A DNA stretch of 52,855 nucleotides from Callorhinchus milii. Lineage: Eukaryota. Every line of letters starts with the position of its first letter. Position 1 is the stretch's first letter. Position numbers and translations under genes: made by a program. Positions 41,599 to 52,131 of this stretch are shown in pieces. The DNA lies in assembly GCF_018977255.1 (NCBI RefSeq), contig NW_024705342.1, positions 1 to 52,855 on the forward strand, written 5' to 3'. Under the pieces are notes generated by a model that saw only the letters and a program-made list of their open reading frames with translations, was not told the origin of the DNA and made no database searches.

Positions 41599-42329
41599 TG
41601 TAGTGAGTCGCAGACATTGTTCTTTAGAGGCAACACTTTTATTGTAACATCAATCCGCAAACACAAAGGGGTAACTGCCCCTTCACCAGATACAGCCTAG
41701 GGTGGTGACCACCCAGCTAACTACTCTATACGTAGGAGTTACAGCTACGAACGTCAGACCTTCACTCTGGTCCCTGACCACGTGTTGATGCCTCGTAGGT
41801 CGTAGAGCTTCCAGCTTGCAGAGGTGGAGCTTCAGCTTGTAGAATGCAGCAACCCCGGTCCCTCTCAGGGACCCACCTTATATCCCCCCCCGGGTCAGGG
41901 CCGCTCCACCCTTGGCCCCGCCCACCTTCTCGAGCATTCTAGCTCCCTCTCGAGAGCTCTCCCCGGACACGTGATCACCCCCTAGCCCCCCCCCCACCTG
42001 GGGTCTTCTCTGTGGACACTCCAGATCACGAGTCTACAGGGTCAACCAGAGTGCCATGGCCCAGGACAACCCTGCCTACCCCTGGGCTGACACTCTCCTG
42101 CTCCCCCTGGTGGGAACTCGCACTTCACGCTATGCGTGGTGCCCGCGCTATCCCAGCGCTCACCAAACCTGCCTACGGGTTGTACGCGATGACAGTGCAT
42201 TGTACGCCGTGCTGTGCCAGAGCCGACCTCACACAGCAACCTACCCGGCGCTGTCCGCGATGTAGGGACATCGTACGCCACGGCCCTCTCAGGCCGGCAC
42301 CATACAGTGACATCCCCGATGTCACTACA
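41599..42329 (-). mobile_element. Solo LTR, 731 bp, probably Gypsy-type
   Basis: TG...CA ends with a perfect 8-bp inverted repeat (TGTAGTGA / TCACTACA) and 4-bp flanks GAAT/GAAG. In the correct order on the minus strand: GC box (41914-41923), TATA-like ATATAAG (41877-41883), AATAAA (41638-41643). GC-rich relative to its surroundings. Confidence 0.85.
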
Positions 42330-43808
42330 GAAGTACAAACATCACATTTTCACAATGTGACATGGAAGGGGACCCAGACTATATCACCTGACATTGTTTA
42401 AAGTTGATATAAATTATGCACATTGTGTTGTGCTGACGTAATGTATTTTTGACGATCGACTATTATACAATGAAATGCAGGCATGGTGGTAGGACATTAG
42501 GGAAATTTGTGAAAAATGTGTCACGTTTGTGCAGTGATACAACATCGAACCTCAAATTCATATCTATGATATTCACTAGGGAATCACGCACGGAGGTTTA
42601 AACAAAACCATAATTGTCAGCCATACATTAATTTCTCTGAATTATGCGGGAAAAACATTTTAGGACTCCAAGGTGGATTACTCAAGTATACACGTCTGTC
42701 CATCTTAATGACGTGATATTAGCAGCATTTACAACAAATACATATTTATATTAGAAAATCTTTTTGGGAAAATTCTACAAAAATTATAGAATTGAATGTT
42801 ATTCAAGATATATTAATTATATGCTTGCAATATATATAATTTAAATTAGAAAATAAAAATTGCTTTGGGCTCTCAAAGCAGAACAAATATAAGACAACTT
42901 AAATGAGAGGTGTGAATTACATTTTATATACTCTTTTATAAAAACAGCGCACAATACAAAAACCATAACGGTGTTTTGATTATATTTAGCTGTCAAAAAT
43001 GCTGCCTCTATCACCATCACATTTTATTATAGAGCATATGTATACATTTTAAAATATTATCTTCACAATGCGTTTATACAGCAAGGCCTGATTTTTGTAC
43101 TCGCAATCTGACCTGAATTGAGATATTTTGGAGTAGAATATATTCAATAATAAATCTGTCACGTGAAGCTGGATTCAGGAAGAACAATAATTGGCTGCAC
43201 ATCTCACTATGTCAAAAGAAAAGGCAATGCCTCTTGTGGTTGGGTTTTAGAAAATTGTATATGCTGCAGGGAAATGATAAACTGTGCTTTTGGTGGTCAT
43301 TTTTCAAACATGCAATTCCTTGCCCACAAAAAGGTGATGCTGATCGTAGCACTTGGTCTGGGAATGGAAAATATATTCTCGTAAACCTTGTTAAGCAACT
43401 GAATAGAAATTTGAAAGTTTAATTCATAATTTTGTTCAAAACGTTGGTAATCAATTATCAAAGTTGATGTATGTACTCTATTGCAGTGAGCTTATGCTCA
43501 TCTTTGTTGACTATAACACTAGTGGCAAGTTTAAAAAGGTGTTTTCAATACATTTTCATAATATTTTCAGTAGTTTCTGACACCGTTTGCAGTTCGTTTA
43601 TTTTCACACCTAAATTGTTAGTTGTTACGGAAAACATTCTTTAGCAATTTTAGAGCTGTGTTTCTACCCAATTTGACTCACGTGTTTGGAGTGGTTGACT
43701 GAAGCGTATAATGCCGTTCTCGCATTTACAAGCAGGTCCTCACCTGGTTGGGAAAAAGAAAGGATATTAGAACACGCCACTTAAAGTGTTGATGGCTGAC
43801 GGATGAGA

Positions 43809-43989
43809 CTCATTAAAATGCAAATCAATTTATAACATTTTTGACATGCGTTTTTCTGGATTTTGTTGTTATTCTGTCTCTCACTGTTCAAATAAACCTA
43901 CCATTAACATTATAGACTGATCATTTCTTTGTCAGTGGGCAAACGTACAAAATCAGCAGGGGATCAAATACTTTTTTTCCCTCACTGTA
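43809..43989. mobile_element. Tc1-like transposon terminal inverted repeat fragment (one end only)
   Basis: Ends ...GGGGATCAAATACTTTTTTTCCCTCACTG|TA (TA|CAGTG on the minus strand), the Tc1 terminus with TA target. The body resembles, from memory, long TIRs of fish/amphibian Tc1 elements. No transposase or partner TIR in the window. Confidence 0.85.
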
Positions 43990-44498
43990 CGGTACTATAT
44001 TTATCAGCAAAAATACTTGCTGCAAATTATGCCTGAGATCCTATGCTTCACACACAATGCATTTTAAAAATAAATACATGAACATTAATTTACTTTAGAG
44101 TTACATGATGTGACAAGAGATTTCTGTTGGCATGTTTTTTTTTATGGAAGACGTGTCTTTGATACGTGTGTGGACTAACATGTACAGTACTATATATTTG
44201 AGCATGTTTTGTTCGAAATATGAGTACAGTATTTTAAACGGGATTCAATTATCAATTCTGGCAAATTGCCAAAAGTGATAGTAATGTATTACATATTAAT
44301 TATTACATTCGGTACTACTCCTTTCAGTAAAAAAAGTAATAAACGTGCATAAACTATGTATTTATTTATTTCCAATGCAGTTGTCCATTATATATTATTT
44401 ATAACTCATGAACACAAATGATGTATAGGCGCACATGACCATCTTCACGAACATTATTAATCGTAAAACATTTTCTATCATTTGTTGCTCTTTTTTTT

Positions 44499-44804
44499 AA
44501 TCCTTTATATTAAGTTCACTTGCTTGCTTGCGCGCTTACGACCGTGCAAATCTTTCGGTCGTTTTTTAACCCACTTCCCGTGATCCAATCGAGCTGACAT
44601 TTTCCACACAGACTCGTTGTGCGTGACAATTTATTTTCGTGAAAAAAATTCCAAAATTTTCCACTTATTAGGAAAAAAAATTATATTTAATTACCAATTG
44701 CTTAATGGTGGCAGGCAATCATCTGACCCATAGGTGGCAGCCATCTCAAGCCAGAGGACGAGAGGACTCTAGCCGCCCGTTTCTTATAGCCGCCCGTTTC
44801 TTAT
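44499..44804 (+). mobile_element. Non-autonomous Helentron/DINE-1-like (HINE) element, copy B, apparently complete, with a duplicated 3' terminus
   Basis: Inverted homologue of 32356-32638. Preceded by T8, no TSD seen, (GCTT) repeat near the 5' end, imperfect subterminal hairpin GCCAGAG...CTCTAGC, and a 17-bp tandem duplication TAGCCGCCCGTTTCTTA at 44770-44803. Confidence 0.6.
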
Positions 44805-45158
44805 ATTTAATTTAAAATACCAATGTGATAAAAATGAAACTCTTATTCAAGAAAAACAGAAATGAATAAAAAAATAAAACCGATGCCACGCATATAAAGG
44901 ATTTATAGTGAAAAACTTTGTTTTTACGGGTTAATTTTTTGTATAGACGACTTTCCTGCTTCAAGAGAGACATTTTGCGACAAGTGTCTTCTGTTTGCAT
45001 GGAAACACAGGCCAGTGTCATCGAGCCTCGATTTGAATGAGACGTTTGTCCTTCTTAGTTTTGGCTGCCCACAGCAAACCAAGCGGGGCCCACACGCAGC
45101 CCCCGTGATCCATGCTTTTGCCTTAACAAAATGCATTTCGCGTAACGCGTTTACAGTT

Positions 45159-45339
45159 ATATTCTTGGTTCGTTCGGTAAAGTCACGTAGAAGGGAAGCG
45201 ATAAAATAATAAAAATATAAAACAGTCAGAATTGTATTGTTTTATTTTTTTTATTTTATTGTTTCCCTTCAACGTGACTTTACCGAAAGAACCAAGAATA
45301 TGAATCCCTGCAGTCACGAAAACTTTAAATACAAATGTA
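45159..45339 (+). mobile_element. Hairpin mini-element, probably Penelope-like (inverted partial terminal repeat), copy 1
   Basis: Inverted arms at 45159-45224 and 45238-45301, then an unpaired tail GAATCCCTGCAGTCACGAAAACTTTAAATACAA. A 12-bp direct repeat GCGTTTACAGTT lies at 45147-45158 and 45340-45351. Homologous to 52345-52407. Confidence 0.7.
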
Positions 45340-45878
45340 GCGTTTACAGTTGTGAAATGCCAGAGATGCGCAGATCTCTCATCTCGGCGAGGGGGGCCAA
45401 GGATTATACTTCGTTGCGTGCACGTGATGGTAGAACGCGAGGGAAATCTGCCGTCTTCTCGTTTTCGTTCCATTTCAGTCATAGTGCTGTTCGTAAATAC
45501 GTGGAACAGATGCCAGGACATGTGGCATGAATTGTTGAAACATCATTTGCCAAGAGCTTCACCAGTAAATGAACACTATTGTTTTCACTTGGGTCTAATT
45601 TTAGTCGGTCCATATATTCATATATTATTTATGTGTGGCTTCTCCTACCTGGTGTCGAGACACACCTTTTATGTGCTAATGACTTATAAGTTTAAATAAT
45701 CATAATCATATGCTTACAGTACAGTACGAGTTTTCTGCAGGTTATATGAAGTGAACAAGTATAATTATGTGGATGTATATAAACCTACAACTTTTTGTTC
45801 TGTATTTACTAGTGGTGCTATGATGTACTGTGTGTGTAAGAATCAATGTTCTTTCATTTGTATATATTGTGTGTTAGA

Positions 45879-46065
45879 GGAGTTGTGACAAAGTGGTTAG
45901 CGCATTGCACTATGAACCCTCAGATCAATTCCTGGTCATGGTCCTTACCGATGGTGAACGATATCCGATCTGGTACCAAGTCCCCGATTCACCACCCTAC
46001 ACTGACCAGTAAGGTGAAGTATGGTGAAACAATGCTTCCATAACCAAAATAGCATGCGAGGCCTT
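45879..46065 (+). mobile_element. Degraded tRNA-derived SINE; 3' boundary uncertain
   Basis: A-box-like TGACAAAGTGGTTAGCGCA and B-box-like GATCAATTCC. The head GTGGTTAGCGCATTGCACTATGAAC resembles GTGGCTAGCGCACTGTGCTATATGAAC at ~38929. Confidence 0.45.
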
Positions 46066-46121
46066 CATCTAACAGTACATTGACGTAGGGCAGTTAATCA
46101 TGATAATTTAACTTAATACCC

Positions 46122-46300
46122 AGGCAGGTAGGGCAATGGTTAGAGTACCTAACCACAATTTGAAGTGTGCGAGTTCAATGCTTAAATAGGGAATGACTCG
46201 GTCCATCATCCTTATGTTTCCAACAAACTGGGTACTGCTTTATACAAATTAAACAGTTATTACCCTATGAAGAGACTGGTCCCCACTGTGACATTGTGGA
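46122..46300 (+). mobile_element. Highly degraded tRNA-derived SINE, possibly with a Meta-type central domain
   Basis: A-box-like TAGGGCAATGGTTAGAG and B-box-like GAGTTCAATGC, then GACTCGGTCCATCATCCTT...AAACTGGGTAC, which loosely resembles the remembered motif GACTCAGCCTTCCATCCTT...AAATGAGTAC. Confidence 0.35.
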
Positions 46301-47865
46301 TTTTCCATGACTGATTTAGGGCTGCTATTGAATAAACCCTTTGGCTGAACCATGTAGAAGTACAAACTTAATTTCGCTTTTCCTAAGACACACATGATAC
46401 AGAATATAAATTATGGTGGTAATGGTACAAAGCATACTTAGTCAATTTTCCCCAGTGCTCTGCGACCTTACAATCATATACAACCGCCATAGTATGCATT
46501 CATTTTCTGCTAAGGATAGCCTTCAGTGGGCTATAGCCACTAATCGGAGGTGCGAACCCAGATGAAAGTTGTGTTAGTTGTCTTCGCGGCATAATTTGTA
46601 TGACCGCGTCACAAAGGCTGTGCACACAAACCCTCATATTATCATCCACTTGTAGAATGTAAAATACCAAATAGGGGACCGAAATGATAAGTGCCACATT
46701 TACAGGCAATTTATTACGTCATAATTTCCTGCACGGTCAAATTAATTTTAGTTTTTTTCTGGAGAATTTTTGATGGTATTGTCGTGTTATTTGCATTATT
46801 TCATTACAATAACTAATAATATTTCGTTTTTTTTTTTAAATAACATATATTATACGAGCCGAGTGATCAATGTTTGCTGAGTTTCTAGAAGGTTAAGTCA
46901 GAAAAAAACGAAGTCCTATCTTGTTTTATATTCAGCGATACATACATTACACTTGTATTATTGCCATGGATGTCATAGAAATATTAAAAAAATGCCCCTT
47001 ATTTGAATCTTTTCCAACCAATTTCTTCAATTCTGAAGATTTCGACAGCTTGTATTTGCTTAATCCGTAGTGTGAAGCAAAAAGCTCAGTCTTGTCATAC
47101 AAAAGATATCACGGGCATCAGATCAATACTGGATAAGGAGCACGTTCTAGCTTGCTGGATCAATTTCACTTACCCATTGTGTAATGTTGAATACTATTTT
47201 GGCAACCCAGCCATCTCCACTGATGTGTGAATTGATTGACAGCGGTAGGATAGATACAAACAGAGGGCCACTCGGACCATCGTGGTTTAAAGGGAGTACT
47301 TGTCGGAGGAGGAGGAGTGTAGCGAGCTCGTGGAGAGGGTGAGCGGTGGCCATGTGAGAGTTGAAGGGGAGAAGTGTTAGATCAGAGGCCCGTGCTGCTG
47401 TCAGTCTGAGACAAAAATCATCGTCCTAGATCCAGGCGTCCGTCCAGGCATGTATTCCAAAACACACTGGTCTGGGTCAGCTCTGCCCATGATAAATGTG
47501 ATATCACACTGGGGGAGAGGGTAGCGGAGCAATACTATCCTGTAGAGCTTGCCAACAAATTGTTCCAGTGACCGTTTTAATCATCTGCCACTGCTCCCAT
47601 TCCTCCTTGTCATCAAGTGAAACTGCCTTACCCATCTACCTATTCTAGTGGCCAACCATTGTAACGTGGAATTTGGAGTAAATGCTAAAAGCTATCACTG
47701 GGAAATTAAATCATGCTGTGAATTAAATCATGTCTTATGTAAAACATATCAATGGAGTATTCCTCCTAATAATTTTGTGGAAGATTCATTTGGCTCTGCA
47801 ACAATTGTACAACAACAGAAGCCGCAGTAGCGCCTCTGCCTCATGTGGAATTTCAGTCACAGCTG

Positions 47866-47956
47866 CTCATCGTCAGCCATGGTCAGTGCACTGCTGGGTG
47901 AAGGCATTACCAAATCCGCTGCCATCCGTCACAATCCTGCGATATAATCACCACAG
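47866..47956 (-). mobile_element. Short 3'-terminal fragment of an RTE-clade LINE
   Basis: Minus strand reads SQDCDGWQR, a frameshift, then GNAFTQQCTDHG* followed by CGATGA. This matches the RTE terminus AQDR..WR..GEA..QQW plus a GAT-type tail. Confidence 0.6.
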
Positions 47957-49926
47957 TTAGTGGTAAAAAAACACGAATGGTTAGTATTGTTATTTATTTA
48001 GCGTCTGCGTTTGTGCCGAGCCAGAGAGCAGCTTCATTAGTTGCAGGACAGTGCCCTCGGACTGCCCCTCGGTTCAGTCAGTGCAGTGCTTCTCAGCCTT
48101 TTCATTTCCATGGTACACCGTCCAGCTTTGCTCGATCTTCTCGCACTCTATTTGCCCGTCTGCCACGAGGTAGTCGAGAGGGCAGGGGGGTGAGGCCTGG
48201 CGGCTGTCTTGCTGCCGTACTGCGTTGCGACCAATGGAGAGAGGACGGCAGGAGATGGGAGGGGGGGGATCGGCCACTGAACGGCACGGAGAGTTTAGAG
48301 TTCATTTGTCCTCGCTTACAACATTGAGGTTATTTTCTATAATCTTGAATATCGTGGTGCACCTGGGACGTTGCCACAGCACACTACTTGTGAAGCGCTG
48401 AACTGGCGGACACATTTTAAGCATGTGCGTCATCGTCTGTCTGCAGCTGCAGTTGTTATATAAGCCCCCACCTGTGCAAGGCATGTTGCACACTGGCCTC
48501 AGATGATGCGCATTATCGAATGGAACGTTGTGCATCAACAAGCTCGGTGTGCGACGCCTCACCCCAGAATGGCGCGTCAGTGATCTGCCGTCGAGTAAGA
48601 GATAGCGAGTGGTGCTGACGTCCGTCAAGTTGGGAATGGGCAGTGCACACTGGCATGTTTCATTTTTCTACAGAGCTGTAAATTGTAAGGTTGAAAAAAA
48701 CCTCATGCATTTAACTTTTTGTTATTTTTTTTGTCTGAAGAGATAGGGAGTTATTTGAATTTAAAATGAACTGTTTTGGAAAATGTATCACAAGAAGTGA
48801 TGTCACTGTGGACTTTGTGCTTATGATGATTTTTGTGAACAAGAGACTCAGTCAGTTCCCATGTGCGACATTGTATCATGAAATCATAATTCATCGTGCC
48901 ATAGCTCCCAGTGCAACGTGTCCAAATGTTACATGTGACACTGGTTTACGATTTATGCTGCAAATTTAGTGGAATTGAGCATGTGACACCCAGTTTCAAC
49001 TGACAAATGTTAATTTGTAATCTCGTTATTTGTAAAAAAAAATGCCGGTATTTCACATAAAATATCTTAAATGACTCACAAATCTGTATTCAAAATCTCT
49101 GTAATGCAATACATCTAGTTTTCTACGCATTTGTTTTGGCATTCACGATGATGCAAACCATTTCGAGGAATTCACTGCGTGCTGTGCCCGTACAATTGGG
49201 ACCTCTTCTCATTTCTGTTGATTTTACAGATAACAAAGCAACTCGATAGTACATAATCTGAGTGCAATGAATTTAGAATCTGGAAATGCAGCTACGTTAT
49301 TAAGTTGCACAGTTATTTATTTATTTAAGAAGTCGTGAAAAAGGCAGCTTGTAAACGTTTAAAAAAAAACCTGGAAATTGGCATAATTATAGCGAATCAG
49401 AGTACAAGCCAAATGCAGCTAATGGCTAATGGTTTGTAGAGTACACAGTGCAGTACTGTCTAGATATGAGACACAACTCCATTTAGACTGCTAACAGAGG
49501 CATTACAATTGGGGTGCATAATGGCACCCTCCACATAGGGAAGGCTTCAGCATTACAGACTCATCTGAATACGTCTAGTATTTGCTGGTGAAATTGCTTT
49601 TCCAAAAGACATAGAAGTCTTAGAGTAATAAAAGCCTGAGGGATTATTCTTTGGAGCCGAGTGATAATGCCCTGAAGAGTGAAATCCTTCATCAAACAGG
49701 CTGAATAGATGTTCTTTCATTTTTAAACGCTGGAGAAAGTGACAGCAGCCTGCGACATACAATCGTCAACACAGTGCCCATCAACGAACAGCTTTGTTCT
49801 TAATATATGTGGCCGAAATGTACAATTATGACGACATTACAAACAAGATTAGAATTCGAAATGGTGTGTTCTGCCTGGCAGCTTTCACGGGGTCTCTCTT
49901 GGACGTAAACACTGAGTGTGCGGTTA

Positions 49927-49946
49927 CAGCAGCAACAGCAGCAGCA
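49927..49946 (+). repeat. Short imperfect (CAG)n microsatellite
   Basis: CAGCAGCAACAGCAGCAGCA. Confidence 0.7.
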
Positions 49947-50901
49947 TCTGTGCAGCACATTAGGAGGCACAGCAGACACAATGTCACAGCCAAGGTCAGG
50001 CTGGGGCCCTCCTCCTATGGTAAGCCCATCTTCCACAAGGTCGATGGAGCAGAGAATCCCAATTGACACCAGGGTCAAGCTCTGTCTCGGGAACAATTTC
50101 CACGTTGCTGTAAAGCCAGGGAGGAGAAAGGGCTGCAGCCGCATTAAACTCAGGTTGCCAGTTGTCGATATAATCCCCGCCCTATAATTGGGCTAATAAA
50201 CATGCTGCTGTGCTGGGCAGGATCTGATTCATGTAATGCCACCGAGTCATTGCATTCTGAAGGGCACTGATAAAACGGCCGAGTGGAACTGGGCGTAATA
50301 GTGTAGATCGAGGGTTTTTGCTGCGGCTCACTGTAAAAATCAGTGATCTGCTGGATCGTTTTGGTTCAGCGACCAGTGGGTTTTATTCCCGGTAAATCAT
50401 ATACTCAGAGCGTTGCTCGTTCATATAGAGCTCCTGAATAGTGCAGCATGGCCAGCTATAGCTATATATATACTTCTACCCTCGCCGTGCACGACTTGAA
50501 GTGGGAGTTTTGTGAAAAGTCTTGCGGTAGTTGTTTCCCCAAGGGGAGAGATGCTGATTTATTGGCTCTTCTGACAAGGCCTACAAACATGACTTAGCTT
50601 CCCAGTTCTACTTGACTAAAAAAAAGGTCAAATTAATGACTCCAGCTGTCCTCTCCCAAACATACGTCTTCATGAAGCATTTTAATCGTGTCACGTTAAC
50701 CCTCGAAGTTCAACTTTAAAAAAAAAACGTATTTAGATTTGTTTTTATCAACGTTAAGTTCGAAAACACTTCGAACAATACGAGCATTAAAACTACCAAA
50801 TATAGCAACGTCTTTGAGGGGTGGAAAAGGCAAAGGAAGGGTGTCCATGAGGGTGAGCTCCAGAGGATCCCTCTGGAGAGTTATAATGAACTACAAAACA
50901 A

Positions 50902-51252
50902 GATAATTGTTTTTTTACCCTTTTATCTGGCAACAAAACTGACACCTTTTTTACGAGGAGTCATGTTTGCATAGACCACAATACCTGCAGTCATAATGCA
51001 ATCAAAGAACATAACTCTGATAATGTATGCACTGTCCTTGAAGTTGATTGGTCCACACCCGAGACAGCTTTCCTTAGAGCCTAGTCTCACATGGGTTGGA
51101 CCAGATGACGACCCAAGGACAGTGCATACATTATCAGAGTTATGTTTTTTGTTTGCATTATGACTGCAGGTATTGTGGTCTATGCCAACATGACTCCTCG
51201 TAAAAAAGGTGTCAGTTTTGTTGCCAGATAAAAGGGTAAAAAAACAATTATC
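50902..51252. repeat. Long fold-back inverted repeat (139-bp arms, 73-bp partly self-complementary spacer)
   Basis: Arm 50902-51040 is the reverse complement of 51114-51252 with 3 mismatches by my count. The spacer has degenerate pairing TGGTCCACACCC.GAGAC / GTCTC...GGGTTGGACCA. Confidence 0.95.
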
Positions 51253-51948
51253 ATATGTTTTACTGGCAAATGAGGTACCAATGGGGAACTACAAAATAGT
51301 TCATAGCATTGAGCTGCATCCAGTGTAACTCAATTTTAATCTGAACATTTTACAATTCCATGTTAAATCGACATGCTTTATTATGCCACAGCATTGCATT
51401 TTATACGTGTACAAGTTGTGTGAAATAATATACGACACAAACCTTTAGTCCAGGTCCCGTGTTAAAGAAAACATAATATTTTATTTCTCTTGTCTGGCAC
51501 CTCTGCCGTTCCATATTTTTAGCATCTGAAGCAGATCAATAGCAGCTTGGGGCAGGGCAGCTCCCTTAGCCTCACTTATACAATGATTCAACCCGCACAC
51601 GTGTCCAACAGCTAAAATGAGAAAATTATTTGGTCATGCTGCTGCATTGGCGGTGGTGAACGAGCACAAATAACACAGAAAACAAACTCAACACATTTGT
51701 CAATAACACCGTGGCCTTAAAAAGAGAGTCTACAATAGGCGACATTTGTCAGGGCAATGTCCCTTCACCACAGCACATAGGCAGGCCAGGGAGGTTGAAA
51801 TGAGCAAATGTGGCGTTTGCTTTCAAAGATTCTTATTTATTCTTCCAAGAACATTGTACTTATTCTCTTTCTAATACCAGGTTTCCAATTAAGAATAACC
51901 TGGAATTGTAAAAAATAAGGATTATAAACATCCCATTAGTATAGATAT

Positions 51949-52131
51949 GGGACCTTTTTGCCATTATCAAACTGATAAATAACAATCATAGGCGTTACCC
52001 TTTCTGGCAATGACACGGGTGTTAAGATGTTCAACCACCAAATAGACATCTATTGCAAGGCATTGTCTGAATTAGCCAAACATGCATTTGTGTGTCTTTT
52101 TTTAATGATTTTGATACTGGCAAAAGGTCCC
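51949..52131. mobile_element. MITE, 183 bp, Merlin-like
   Basis: TIRs GGGACCTTTTTGCCATTATCAAA and TTTGATACTGGCAAAAGGTCCC. Perfect 8-bp TSD ATAGATAT at 51941-51948 and 52132-52139. GG termini with an 8-bp TSD fit Merlin better than hAT (inference). Confidence 0.75.

Noticed and set aside
42012..42401. Overlapping ORFs of 129, 98 and 69 aa
   Set aside because: They lie mostly in the GC-rich U3 region of the solo LTR, where stops are scarce; no gag or pol motifs.
49794..50187. ORFs with poly-Q, poly-A or poly-C tracts
   Set aside because: Products of a six-unit CAG repeat read in different frames; no other coding evidence.
50916..52016. Similarity between the fold-back arm (TACCCTTTTATCTGGCAACAAAACTGACAC) and the MITE interior (TACCCTTTCTGGCAATGACAC)
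   Set aside because: Needs two gaps over ~21 matched bases; not enough to claim common origin without further copies.
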